64,000 bases of DNA from NCBI GenBank assembly GCA_965246715.1, contig CBDFFH010000049.1, positions 64,001 through 128,000 of the forward strand. The letters run 5' to 3'. The notes under the pieces are model-generated. The model was given only the letters and a program-made list of their open reading frames with translations, did no database searches and was not told the origin of the DNA. Source of the DNA: Chamaesiphon sp. (GTDB lineage: Bacteria > Cyanobacteriota > Cyanobacteriia > Cyanobacteriales > Chamaesiphonaceae). Both the position numbers and the translations under genes were made by a program. Shown piece after piece: positions 11,792-22,035 of this stretch (positions are counted from its first letter, which is position 1; each line of letters begins with the position of its first letter).

Positions 11792-12286
11792 ATGAAGAAG
11801 ATCGCCCGCTATCAAGATTATCTCATCCGGCAGTGGCAATTTCAGGATCGTAGTGGTACTACCGCAATAATTGGCAATATCCTAGCCGAATATGGGTTGG
11901 ACTGGGAGCCAGATGGAGCCGATCGCGATGTGTTGGATATCGAGACATATTATTTCGATCGGGGCGGTGATTTTTGGGTGGTGGAAGATCGAGGTCAATT
12001 GATTGGGACGGGCGCATATTATCCATGTAATCGGGGTGAGAAGGCGGTAGAAATTCGGAAAATGTACTTATTGCCAACTGCTAGAGGACAGGGCTTAGGC
12101 AGGTATCTACTGGCGCAATTGGAGCGCGTTATTACCAAGAAAGGATATACCCAAATCTGGGTCGAAACTGCCAGCAGCCTCAAAGATGCCGTCAGGTTGT
12201 ACGAACTCAATGGTTATCAGCCAGCCACCGGAGTAGAGACACCCAGATGCGATCGGGTCTATGTCAAATCGATCGGCACTGAGTAA
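11792..12286 (+). CDS. GNAT family N-acetyltransferase
   Basis: Acetyl-CoA binding motif ARGQGLGR; LYELNGY. Confidence 0.88.
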   Translation: MKKIARYQDYLIRQWQFQDRSGTTAIIGNILAEYGLDWEPDGADRDVLDIETYYFDRGGDFWVVEDRGQLIGTGAYYPCNRGEKAVEIRKMYLLPTARGQGLGRYLLAQLERVITKKGYTQIWVETASSLKDAVRLYELNGYQPATGVETPRCDRVYVKSIGTE

Positions 12287-12366
12287 ATTTTTACTAGAAA
12301 CTCAGCCACCAGTGAAAATTTCGCCCGTCAACACTTGTTTATTTACGGCGATCCGACAGCAAATGA

Positions 12367-13119
12367 ATGCTCACAAGAAAAATCTTGAGAACCAAGCGCA
12401 GGCTCATAGCAGCGTTCGGGATATTTATCTTCTTGATATCGATTTGGGGCGCGTTATTTTATACTGGTATCCTTCAAATCAATCGCCCGACTCGACAACA
12501 ATTTCCCATCCAGGGCATCGATCTTTCCGAACATCAAGGCGAAATAGATTGGGCGAAGATCGATCGGCGTGAAGTTAATTTTGTATTTATCAAGGCGACA
12601 GAGGGCGGTGACTATCGCGATCTTCGATTCGATCGCAATTGGCTCAGAGCAAAGAATGCCAAGATCGATCGAGGTGCATATCATTTCTTTACATTTTGTA
12701 AGGCTGGTTCGTTACAAGCGCAAAATTTTAGCGATACCGTTCCTGTTAGTCAAGATATTTTACCGCCAGTCATCGATTTAGAGTTTAGTGGTAATTGTCA
12801 ACGCCGACCATCGCTAGCCGAGCTGAAGCAAGAATTAACCGATTATATTAGGCGGATTACTGCTGTATATCATCGGCAGCCGATTTTGTATGTTACGCAT
12901 GAATTCTACAATGCTTATCTCCAAAATGAATTTACCGATTATTCAATCTGGATTAGCGATTTTTATCGCCGGCCTAATTTCGATCGGGCCAACCGCCCAT
13001 GGCTGTTTTGGCAATATAGCGAACGTGGGCGGATAGCCGGGATAAACACCTTGGTAGATTTAAATGTGTTTTACGGCACTAGGGAGCAGTTTCGACAACT
13101 TTTGCAGCGGAGTGAATAA
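12367..13119 (+). CDS. GH25 family lysozyme (muramidase) with N-terminal membrane anchor
   Basis: GIDLSEHQG, FIKATEG, GAYHF, PPVIDLE (DxE), FWQYS, VDLNVF. Confidence 0.92.
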   Translation: MLTRKILRTKRRLIAAFGIFIFLISIWGALFYTGILQINRPTRQQFPIQGIDLSEHQGEIDWAKIDRREVNFVFIKATEGGDYRDLRFDRNWLRAKNAKIDRGAYHFFTFCKAGSLQAQNFSDTVPVSQDILPPVIDLEFSGNCQRRPSLAELKQELTDYIRRITAVYHRQPILYVTHEFYNAYLQNEFTDYSIWISDFYRRPNFDRANRPWLFWQYSERGRIAGINTLVDLNVFYGTREQFRQLLQRSE

Positions 13120-13343
13120 TTTACCATAATTACGATAAAGTAGATTGCTACTAGCTAGGCTTGCAACTTGGTAATACATCAAATGTGCGCCCGGTGGAAA
13201 ACCGATCTCCCCTGCTGAATTGGCCGGAGGTTGGTGGCAGATCCCTGGTAAAGCTTCAATCCTAAAAACCGATCGATCGCTGCTTAAATCGCTCGTCCAA
13301 ATGTCTTAGTCTCAGCCACATATCCTTACCCTAATCGAAATCG

Positions 13344-16300
13344 ATGATCCCGATCGCCCATTCGAGCAATCTCTGCCCCGATCTCAGGATTCAGATCGAC
13401 TGTCTCCACCAATTATTTGAAAGTCAAGCCGATACTCAGGCTCAGCATCCAGCAATTGTCTACCAGTCAACCGTACTCAATTATGGCGAAGTCGAAGCGC
13501 GCTCGAATCAATTGGCGCGCCTGCTCAGGCGACAAGGCGTCGAATGTGGCTCCAGGGTGGGATTATTGCTACCGCGATCGCCAGAATTATACATCGCGAT
13601 CTTAGCAATTCTCAAAGCAGGTGGGGCATACGTTCCACTAGATCCCGAGTATCCAGCCGATCGGATCGAGTATATTTTGGCCGACTGTGGGATCCAAACG
13701 ATCGTCACTACCACTGCGCTGGCTGAGGATAAAGATCTTCAAGTCCCAAATATCGTTTGTGTCGCGCGCGCACAAGCAAAACTAACATTAGAATCAGCTG
13801 ATAGACTCACTCATGATGAAGTGCCCATCAGCGATCGCGACTTGAGCTATGTTATCTATACATCCGGCTCCACAGGTAGACCCAAGGGGGTGGAGATCGA
13901 GCACCGCAGTAGCGTTAATTACATTCAGGTTGTCAATCGCGAAGTTTATCATGTGAACCCTACCGATCGCGTTTATCAGGGATTTTCGATCGCCTTTGAT
14001 GCGTCGGTAGAGGAGGTCTGGTGTGCCTTTGCGGCGGGTGCGGCGTTAGTAGTCGGATCGATCGAGCAAGTCCGTTCGGGTGTGGATTTAGCCCACTTTC
14101 TTGCCGAGCAGCAAGTGACAGTATTATCTTGCGTACCGACGCTGTTGGCGATGATGGAGGTGGAAGTGCCGACCATTCGGTTGTTGATTTTGGGTGGGGA
14201 GCAATGTCCCCAGGAATTGGCGACGCGCTGGTGTAATGACAAACGGCGGGTAATTAATACTTATGGGCCGACTGAGGCTACTGTCGTCAGTACCTGGCAC
14301 GAATGTCATCCCGATCGCACCATCACGATCGGCAAACCGTTACCAACATACCAAGTTTATCTGCTCGATGAGACATTAGAACCTGTCGCACCTGGAGTCG
14401 AGGGCGAAATTCATATCGGTGGGATCTGTCTGGCACGGGGTTATGTCAATCGTCCCGATTTGACGGCGGAGAAATTTATCCCCAACCCATTTACCTTCGA
14501 TCCCGATACCTCTGACAAGTTGTATAAAACGGGCGATTTAGGCAGTTGGACGGCTGATGGTGAAATTCAGTTTCTCGGACGGATCGACGGACAGGTAAAA
14601 TTACGTGGCTTTCGGATCGAGCTAGCAGAAATCGAATCGGTTATCATGCAGTGTCCGGGGGTAAGTGCGGCGGTAGTGGCGGTTAAGGCGGTAGTTGAAG
14701 TCGATCGATTGATTGCTTATCTCGTGCCGCGTCAGGAGGCCATCCTAGATCTGACCGAAATCTGGGAGACGATGCGATCGCGGTTACCCGTTTATATGGT
14801 ACCTGCGAGTATCGAAATTTTAGATAGCTTACCCACCTTACCGAGCGGGAAAGTCGATCGCAAAAATCTGCCCGCACCTGTAAATTTTGGGGCTAATTTA
14901 CACCAGAAAACCACGGGAACTCCGCCGAGTAATCCCGTCGAGCGAGCGATCGCTGATACCTGGGAATCGATCTTTGGGATCGCCGGGATTTCGATCGACA
15001 ATGACTTTTTTAGCGAACTCGGCGGACATTCATTACTCGCCGCGATCGTCGTCTCTAAATTACGCGAAACTCCGCAATTTCAAGATCTCGCGGTCGTTGA
15101 TATTTACCAATATCCGACCATTGCCAAATTAGCTACAGCATTGAGCCAGCGCTGGCAAGATCGAGCGCTCGATCTTGCTCGCTCGAAAGCGATGGGTAGC
15201 TCAAAATCAGAGCTAGCACATATTTCACCCACTCGATCGATTACTGCCAAACTTAAAGCCGTTAATACGCTCTGGGCGAGTATCGGCGTGTATCTCATGT
15301 ACGTTATTTACAGTCTCCCGCTGCTAATTCCTGGCTTTGTTTACTACTCACTTACTGATGATAATGATACTTTTAGTCGCATTGGTGCGGGGGCGATCTC
15401 TGGTGCCCTAGTGATTGCGATGTATCCTACTTTGATCTTGCTGAGTATTGGCATTAAGTGGTTGGTTATCGGTCGCTTTAAACCAGGTAAATATCCACTG
15501 TGGAGTGCTTATTATTGGCGATTTTGGTTCGTGCAGCAGGTGCAATCTTTCGTGCCGATCGTGTTACTAACTGGTTCGCCATTATTAAATTGGTACTATC
15601 GGTTGATGGGTGCAAAAATTGGCAAAGATGTTTATTTAGCTACCACTGAATTATTAACCTTCGATACGATCGAGCTGGGTGCGCGGACGAGCATCGGTAA
15701 CGATAGCCGCCTGTTAGGTTATGAGATTATCGATGGCTGGCTCAAAATCGGGCGGATTACCACTGGGGAGGATTGCTGTGTTGGTACCAATTCATCGTTG
15801 GGATTAAATAGTCACCTGGCAGATGGTGCCCAATTAGGCGATTTATCCTATCTGCCCGACAATGGCACCATCTCCGCAGCAGCAGCTTGGGTTGGCTCTC
15901 CTGCGCGGTTGCAACTCGCAACTAATAATTATGAGTTCCCAGCACATCCTGCCCCTCAGGGCCTATCATTTTTAGCATATTTAGGTTATTTCCTTGGGTC
16001 GATCGGTCAATTACTAGTACCAGCGATCGCGGCGATTCCTGGCTTTCTGCTGTGGTGTAAATTAGTTGGTACAACACATTGGTATGTATGGGTGTTACCT
16101 TGTGCGGTAGTCGGCAGTGTGTCATTCACTGGGGTATTTTGTTTGCAGGTAGTCATCCTCAAACAATTACTTACTGGAAAAGTGCGCCCTGGTATCTATC
16201 GATTACATGGTAGTTTTGGCGTGCGACACTGGTTTATCGATCGATTGATGGCGATGAGCTTGGAAATGGTGCCGACGTTGTATTCTACGCTGTATTTGCT

Positions 16301-17390
16301 ACCTTGGTTGCGGCTGTTGGGTGCCAAGATCGGTGCGAGGGCAGAAATCTCTACCGCTAGTCATATTACGCCAGATTTACTCTCGATCGGCTCGGAGAGC
16401 TTTATTGCCGATACGGTATCGCTCGGTGCCAGCCAAGTCAAGCATGGTTGGCTGCGGCTGGCGCACACGCAAATCGGCAGCCAAGCTTTCGTCGGGAATG
16501 GTGCGCTGGTGCCTGGGAACGGCTATGTTGCCGATAACTGTCTGATCGGCTGTATGTCAGTACCGCCAACCGATCGGGATTTAATGCAGCCGGATAGCGC
16601 CTGGATGGGTTCGCCAGCGATCTATATTCCCCACCGTCAGATCGTCGATGAATATACCGCTGCCGAAACCTACAAACCCGGGCGTAATCTGTATTGGCAG
16701 CGATTGGCACTAGAGTTTTGCCGCGTCACGATACCTGGCAGCATTCACTTTATCGTCTTGTTGGGAATGGAAGTGACGATGCTCAATTTACCCGACTATT
16801 TAGAGCTATTCAACCTACCCAATTATTTACATTTTTTGCTGGTGAGCGCGATTTTTCCGCTGATTTACGGTGCGGCATCGATCGGTTCGACGCTATTTGT
16901 CATCGCCCTCAAATGGTTGGTTGTCGGACGGTACAAACCAGGTACGATCCCATTATGGAGCAACTTTGTCTGGCGGACGGAGTTTATCACGGGCTTGTAT
17001 GAATCGATGGTGGTAGCGGGCTGTCTTGGGTTCTTTCTGGGTACTCCCTTTGCCTCGATTATCCTGCGCTTACTGGGAATGCGTGTCGGCAAAGGGGTCT
17101 ATATCGATACTACCGATTTTACGGAATTCGACCTAATCTCGATCGGGGATAATGTCATCCTCAACCATAACTGTACCCTCCAAACTCACCTATTTGAAGA
17201 CCGCGTGATGAAAATGGAGCGGGTGCGCTTGGATCGGGGTTGTCAACTGGGCACAACGGCAGTAGTTTTATATGATTCGCTGTTAGAATCGGATGTCTTA
17301 CTCCATCCGATGTCGCTAATTATGAAGGGCGAACGCGTCCCTGCCGCGACAGATTGGCAAGGAATTCCCGCTAGCCGCGTCTATATTTAG
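13344..17390 (+). CDS. Pls/PosA-family single-module membrane NRPS (A-T-TM with tandem C-terminal domains); poly-amino-acid synthetase
   Basis: A-domain motifs YTSGSTGRPKG, FDASVEE, NTYGPTE, YKTGD, GRIDGQVKLRGFRIE, PSGKVDRK; T-domain GGHSLL; three repeated TM + (L/M)GAKIG-type beta-helix-like units ending LQTHLFEDRVMK; no classical C or TE domain. Confidence 0.93.
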   Translation: MIPIAHSSNLCPDLRIQIDCLHQLFESQADTQAQHPAIVYQSTVLNYGEVEARSNQLARLLRRQGVECGSRVGLLLPRSPELYIAILAILKAGGAYVPLDPEYPADRIEYILADCGIQTIVTTTALAEDKDLQVPNIVCVARAQAKLTLESADRLTHDEVPISDRDLSYVIYTSGSTGRPKGVEIEHRSSVNYIQVVNREVYHVNPTDRVYQGFSIAFDASVEEVWCAFAAGAALVVGSIEQVRSGVDLAHFLAEQQVTVLSCVPTLLAMMEVEVPTIRLLILGGEQCPQELATRWCNDKRRVINTYGPTEATVVSTWHECHPDRTITIGKPLPTYQVYLLDETLEPVAPGVEGEIHIGGICLARGYVNRPDLTAEKFIPNPFTFDPDTSDKLYKTGDLGSWTADGEIQFLGRIDGQVKLRGFRIELAEIESVIMQCPGVSAAVVAVKAVVEVDRLIAYLVPRQEAILDLTEIWETMRSRLPVYMVPASIEILDSLPTLPSGKVDRKNLPAPVNFGANLHQKTTGTPPSNPVERAIADTWESIFGIAGISIDNDFFSELGGHSLLAAIVVSKLRETPQFQDLAVVDIYQYPTIAKLATALSQRWQDRALDLARSKAMGSSKSELAHISPTRSITAKLKAVNTLWASIGVYLMYVIYSLPLLIPGFVYYSLTDDNDTFSRIGAGAISGALVIAMYPTLILLSIGIKWLVIGRFKPGKYPLWSAYYWRFWFVQQVQSFVPIVLLTGSPLLNWYYRLMGAKIGKDVYLATTELLTFDTIELGARTSIGNDSRLLGYEIIDGWLKIGRITTGEDCCVGTNSSLGLNSHLADGAQLGDLSYLPDNGTISAAAAWVGSPARLQLATNNYEFPAHPAPQGLSFLAYLGYFLGSIGQLLVPAIAAIPGFLLWCKLVGTTHWYVWVLPCAVVGSVSFTGVFCLQVVILKQLLTGKVRPGIYRLHGSFGVRHWFIDRLMAMSLEMVPTLYSTLYLLPWLRLLGAKIGARAEISTASHITPDLLSIGSESFIADTVSLGASQVKHGWLRLAHTQIGSQAFVGNGALVPGNGYVADNCLIGCMSVPPTDRDLMQPDSAWMGSPAIYIPHRQIVDEYTAAETYKPGRNLYWQRLALEFCRVTIPGSIHFIVLLGMEVTMLNLPDYLELFNLPNYLHFLLVSAIFPLIYGAASIGSTLFVIALKWLVVGRYKPGTIPLWSNFVWRTEFITGLYESMVVAGCLGFFLGTPFASIILRLLGMRVGKGVYIDTTDFTEFDLISIGDNVILNHNCTLQTHLFEDRVMKMERVRLDRGCQLGTTAVVLYDSLLESDVLLHPMSLIMKGERVPAATDWQGIPASRVYI

Positions 17391-17599
17391 AGTAGAAGCT
17401 TTGACATTACTAGAGTTGCGGGGATCGGTCGCACCACTTCGGTTTGGATGTGGAACTCAATCGGCAGGAATTAAGTCAATTTGTTTCTAACCGAACAAAA
17501 ATCTGGCTAAATTTGGCTAAAATTGAAATGTACGATGTTTAAGTAAGGAACCAACCTCAATCCCCAACAACTACGTTATTCAACCAGGAGTGCCAAGCT

Positions 17600-17863
17600 T
17601 TGAAAACAACCAAATTTAAGAAATTACTCTTAGTTGGCCTGGGAAATATAGTATCTGGGATATTTTTTGGGGCTGGCTGCATTATGATCGAACATGCAGA
17701 CAATACTTGGTGGCACGCTGAAAAAGATACATCGACGCAAGATGAAGTCGCCGCTGCTGATGAAGATACCCCCAGCAACACTCCTGTAGGGTTGACTACG
17801 GTTAAAGCAACGAAGAATGACAGCACTGCTCCAAAGATCGCCAACCGCAACCCGATTAAATAG
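17600..17863 (+). CDS. Small hypothetical protein with N-terminal hydrophobic segment
   Basis: 87-aa ORF, TTG start preceded by AGGAG. Confidence 0.55.
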   Translation: MKTTKFKKLLLVGLGNIVSGIFFGAGCIMIEHADNTWWHAEKDTSTQDEVAAADEDTPSNTPVGLTTVKATKNDSTAPKIANRNPIK

Positions 17864-18020
17864 CCCGATCGAGCGATAATTGTGAGATCTGGCGGAAAAT
17901 ATTAACGATGAGCGATGGGGGTAACTTAAATCGTTATAGTAAGATTATGTTGCTCGATCGGTTGCCGCGATCGAGCGCCGCTCCAACCGCTGTGAGAGAA
18001 TCGTTAGTAGAAATTCGATC

Positions 18021-18362
18021 GTGAATAAAATTATTTCAGTACCAGCTAGCTCGATTGTCAACTTGTCAACTACGGCCGAGAAAAGTCTGATTGAAGCTCA
18101 GCGGATGCAGGATGTATTGACACTGTTAAATAGTTTGACAGGACGAGAAGAGGCTACGATTAAATTAATTATCGATTGTTTGTATGATGTCGGATATGTC
18201 AATGCGATCGACAAAAAGATTCGCCTAAAACCACTTAATTCTGTGGCAAAATTGGTGGCGAGAAAGTCTAAGCCCGTAGTGCGAATCGTTGCTTGGCGAT
18301 GGTTTAAGAAAAATTGCCCGACATTAATCGTTCGGTGGTTATACGGAAAGGTAAAGTTTTAG
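18021..18362 (+). CDS. Hypothetical protein
   Basis: 113-aa ORF with protein-like composition (LIIDCLYDVG, WFKKNCP). Confidence 0.7.
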   Translation: MNKIISVPASSIVNLSTTAEKSLIEAQRMQDVLTLLNSLTGREEATIKLIIDCLYDVGYVNAIDKKIRLKPLNSVAKLVARKSKPVVRIVAWRWFKKNCPTLIVRWLYGKVKF

Positions 18363-18374
18363 AAGATAGAAAAC

Positions 18375-18468
18375 GGCATTGCTGAATTTAGGAATGATTT
18401 ATTTTAGGGGTAAACTCAAAAATTGAGGTAGGGACAATTCATGAATTGCCCCTACCTCAATTTTTGAG
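18375..18468. repeat. Truncated MITE-like element: GGCATTGCTGAATTTAGGAATGA end plus GTAGGGACAATTCATGAATTGCCCCTAC REP-like hairpin
   Basis: Near-perfect 54-bp palindrome 18415-18468; left end resembles 32335 and 48617 elements. Confidence 0.75.
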
Positions 18469-18478
18469 CTAATTTCAA

Positions 18479-19174
18479 CTAAAAATTTACCTGATACATG
18501 GTAAATAACTCTCCGGGCTTGGTGGTGGTGACTTTACCACCAACTTCGGCGACGAGTTCGGTAAATTGTGCCAATGGGGTGAGATGTACCTCTGCACCTA
18601 AATACATTTCTAAAATCGCCCAGTTTTCCGCCAGTTCGGCAGTGGGATCGATCGCATCAAACACAAATACCCCATCCGGTTTTAAGACGCGCTTGACTTC
18701 TTGGAGGACGAGTTTCCAATATTCAGGGGGATAGTAACAACTAAATCCAGTAGCAACAGTCCGATCGAATGTATCGTTCTCATACTGTAACTGATGTGCC
18801 GCTCCAGCTTGCACGCCTTTAAATAACTTCGAGTTCAGTTGCGAACCGCGTGAATTTAGCGCCTGACGCGCAACGGTACTGATTTCTTGCCCGTAGAAAT
18901 ATGTTTCCCACTCTCGCCAACCATAAATCAAAAAGCTCACGCCACAGCCGATATCCAAGCACCGATGATTTTTTTGGAATTTGGCTAATTCCCAAAATGG
19001 CGAGGTAATCTTTGCTGCGAGACTGTGACTTATCCACTCGCGAAAGATCGGCATTGCTTCTACTTCAGCGGGGAGTTCGACGGCTTCTTGCTTAAATTCC
19101 CGATCGAATCTCTGTCTGACTCGATCGATCTCGCTCGACCAATCATGGGATTGTGATATTACGGAGCTATACAT
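18479..19174 (-). CDS. Class I SAM-dependent methyltransferase
   Basis: CLDIGCG motif I; EVKRVLKPDG. Confidence 0.85.
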   Translation of the reverse strand: MYSSVISQSHDWSSEIDRVRQRFDREFKQEAVELPAEVEAMPIFREWISHSLAAKITSPFWELAKFQKNHRCLDIGCGVSFLIYGWREWETYFYGQEISTVARQALNSRGSQLNSKLFKGVQAGAAHQLQYENDTFDRTVATGFSCYYPPEYWKLVLQEVKRVLKPDGVFVFDAIDPTAELAENWAILEMYLGAEVHLTPLAQFTELVAEVGGKVTTTKPGELFTMYQVNF

Positions 19175-19187
19175 TCTTGATTATTAG

Positions 19188-19862
19188 TTAGCGATCGTTG
19201 GTTGATTTTTGGGATTTTAGATATTCAAATACTGATTTATCGCCGATATCAGGTGGGATGTTTTGGACAGCTTTGCGGAGCGCAAATACCAGAAATAGTG
19301 CCGCCCACAGAGCTAAGAGGATCGCTTCGACATTTGATGGTAACAGCTTTGCTAAATGTCCCAGTAATAGTCCGGGCACTAATACCGTCAACAGCTTGGT
19401 TTCAAAGCGGTTGAAACAAAAAGCTTCTTTAAAGAAGATCCCTGTCAATGCCGCAAAAGTAAAGCCCACACCCAGCAACGTTACTGGCTGTCGATAGACG
19501 ATCTCCGCTAGCGGGATGTGATTCTCCAGCACCAAACCCAATGCACTGGCACAACCGATTGCCCAAAATATTTGCAAAGTGCGATGTAAAATACCCAAAT
19601 AAATATGAATGGTCGAGAGGGCAATCCCCAATGCTACTGAAAAGCCAACATACAGCCAAGTCACTAAATCGAGCACATTGGCAGTTATGCCACCACCAGC
19701 GAACTGAGCTAATACCGCCACCGTGCCAGCGCCAAAACAAACTGCTGCTACTAATAAAGCACCACGATAGATTACCACACCTTGCCGATCGTCATCGGTA
19801 ACGGTAAAGGTGCCAAATTGTCCTTGATAAATTTCTGGATTGACGTTTGATTCGATCGTCAT
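19188..19862 (-). CDS. Integral membrane protein (DUF2301-like)
   Basis: YQGQFG N-terminus, IHIY, FKEAFCF, DIGDKSVF; multiple TM segments. Confidence 0.8.
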   Translation of the reverse strand: MTIESNVNPEIYQGQFGTFTVTDDDRQGVVIYRGALLVAAVCFGAGTVAVLAQFAGGGITANVLDLVTWLYVGFSVALGIALSTIHIYLGILHRTLQIFWAIGCASALGLVLENHIPLAEIVYRQPVTLLGVGFTFAALTGIFFKEAFCFNRFETKLLTVLVPGLLLGHLAKLLPSNVEAILLALWAALFLVFALRKAVQNIPPDIGDKSVFEYLKSQKSTNDR

Positions 19863-19871
19863 TATTAATTA

Positions 19872-20642
19872 TTAGCCTCGAAACTGTTGCTGGTAAGCGA
19901 GATACACTGCTTCGATCGTCAGATGTCGATCGAGAGTAGGCGGTCGATCGTCCAATTTGATAATTTCTAATAATCGCTGCGCCAATCGATCGCTTACTTG
20001 TATCTTAGCTGCTGGCGAGAGCGATGGGTAACGTTGTAGGTAGTTACGGATCGTGGCAAATTCATCGGGAGTAAGGGCGACGATTTGCCCGGTTTCGATT
20101 AATCTGGAAGCCAAATCTGCTGCGGCTGGTGAGAGCGTAATATTTTGAGCTGCGACTGTTTGACCTTCCTGAATCGCGATCGTCCCTGCAACCCAGTCTC
20201 CGAGGCGTTTTTCTTGCGGTGTAAACAGAATCAGCAGCAATCCCAAACAGAACAGATCGTCGATCGGCCGTAGTAGAGATCGTAAAATCGACTGTTGGAT
20301 GCCCACATTGCGCCCGTCGTCCCGAATTACCCGAATTTTGACATAACGTTTACCAGGTGTCTGTCCGCGCCACAGCGTTTCAAATAGGACGAAATAACCG
20401 ATATAAACTCCAAATAAAATTAAGATTTGGATGGCGTTAAGCCAAGGACTAACAGTTGGCGATTGAAACCAGGGTATTTGAGCGTAAAGAAGCGCCCACA
20501 CTACCAATAAGATAAACAGCGTAAATCCCCAAATTAGATAGTCGATAATTAGCGCATGGGTACGATTGCCCACTCCAGCCAGCACAAATTCTAATTCGAC
20601 ACTCTCTGGTGTTTGGGATTTAACGCGCTTTAAAAAATGCAT
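19872..20642 (-). CDS. RDD family protein
   Basis: TPESVEL...LAGVGNR..ALIID, GQTPGK, KRLGDWVAGT. Confidence 0.88.
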   Translation of the reverse strand: MHFLKRVKSQTPESVELEFVLAGVGNRTHALIIDYLIWGFTLFILLVVWALLYAQIPWFQSPTVSPWLNAIQILILFGVYIGYFVLFETLWRGQTPGKRYVKIRVIRDDGRNVGIQQSILRSLLRPIDDLFCLGLLLILFTPQEKRLGDWVAGTIAIQEGQTVAAQNITLSPAAADLASRLIETGQIVALTPDEFATIRNYLQRYPSLSPAAKIQVSDRLAQRLLEIIKLDDRPPTLDRHLTIEAVYLAYQQQFRG

Positions 20643-20718
20643 GGAGCGGTGGGTAGTGTCTAGTAAACGGATTTAACGGAGCGGATCGTTGCCTGCGTTG
20701 CGATTGCAAAGAGCGGAT

Positions 20719-21669
20719 TTAGAGAATCAGATCGTTACCTTCATTGCGATTGCGAAGATCGTAGTAAATGACGGCTTTAATTGCTTGCCAAAACGGCATG
20801 ACTACAAGTTCGCTGAGGGCACCAATGACGAGTCCAACCAAAGTCAACATCCCACCAACTGCTTGTGCCGAGCGATCGGGTGAGATTGTCGGATTAGACA
20901 TAAATTGCCCGATGAAATATGGGATGTTGCCAATAATACTAATTGGTAGAGTAATCCCAAATGCAAGCGCGATGACTAGTGCTAGTCGTCCTGTCGTATT
21001 ATTACTCAATTGTCTACTCCGTCGCAGACTCAAACTCGCCGATTTGTTAGGTTCGATCGCCATTGGTAGTTCGGCAATAAACCAACCAGCATAGTAGCGA
21101 ATCAAGACCAAGATCCATAGACAAAATAAGCCGATCGTCAACACACCAAGCAGAAAATAGGCTACCGAAGAACCAATTATTGGTTTTAAAGCAAACTCAC
21201 TTAGTGCAAATACTAAACCGATGGCAATTATCAGGACGATATAACTAACGATATAGACTGCAAACATATACAATCCCAACAATAGTGCCAGTCGGAGAAA
21301 TCTCCAGGTATGTGGTTGCAATTGTTGGGCAGCTACGTCGATGGTTTCCGGGCGGTCGATCGATTCTTGATAGGCAAGCCGACAAATGATAGCGCGATTA
21401 GTAGCCGATTTAGCCAAACAATATAACGAAAATACAATCCATCCTAACCCTAATGGAATCGCTAGCAGCCATGATTTGGTGGTGCCGTATAAAATCGCCG
21501 CAACAACGCCTAGCGCAAATCCAGATAGTCCGATCGCTAGCGCCCACCCAGTTGACCTCAGTGACACCTGAAAGTAACGCTTAAAATTTGATTTATAGAG
21601 TGTCACGCCTGCGGAGACGACGTTACCGACATTCAATGTCCCAACTGGATCGGCGATACTTTTTGCCAT
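20719..21669 (-). CDS. Multi-pass membrane protein (DUF975/GDPD-membrane-domain-like)
   Basis: LNVGNVVSAG N-terminus, YYDLRNRNEG C-terminus, about 6 TM segments. Confidence 0.72.
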   Translation of the reverse strand: MAKSIADPVGTLNVGNVVSAGVTLYKSNFKRYFQVSLRSTGWALAIGLSGFALGVVAAILYGTTKSWLLAIPLGLGWIVFSLYCLAKSATNRAIICRLAYQESIDRPETIDVAAQQLQPHTWRFLRLALLLGLYMFAVYIVSYIVLIIAIGLVFALSEFALKPIIGSSVAYFLLGVLTIGLFCLWILVLIRYYAGWFIAELPMAIEPNKSASLSLRRSRQLSNNTTGRLALVIALAFGITLPISIIGNIPYFIGQFMSNPTISPDRSAQAVGGMLTLVGLVIGALSELVVMPFWQAIKAVIYYDLRNRNEGNDLIL

Positions 21670-22035
21670 AAGATATTGATGTGGATTGTGTGTATTGACG
21701 ATCGATTAGCAACCAGTTTAATTCCTAACATCCCGATCGAGTAGGCCGGAGAATACCGATACATACTTATCGGGTGCCCACTACTGGAACGATAGATGCT
21801 ATCGACAGCAGGTGGCTTCGATTTTACTGCATTCTCGGCCGCTCGATCGATAAGTTAGATCCAAATCCTCAGCGCACAGCCGCTCGATCGCAATTGCAAA
21901 GGCTGCTGTATCATGCGATGTCCTCACATAGACACAACCCTGATTATGAACTTACTTGCACCGCATGGGTCTCCGGCTGTTTCGTTTTCGACAGGATGCT
22001 GAAAATATTGGGTCGATCGAAAATAGATCCTGGCT

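Noticed and set aside
12367..13119. Lysozyme as sign of a prophage
   Set aside because: No holin, structural, integrase or replication genes nearby
13120..13343. Possible riboswitch upstream of the Pls-like gene
   Set aside because: No lysine or other riboswitch consensus recognised
13344..17390. Interpretation as fragment of a multimodular NRPS cluster or as cyanophycin synthetase
   Set aside because: No C/TE domains or neighbouring NRPS/PKS genes; lacks the ATP-grasp/Mur-ligase architecture of CphA
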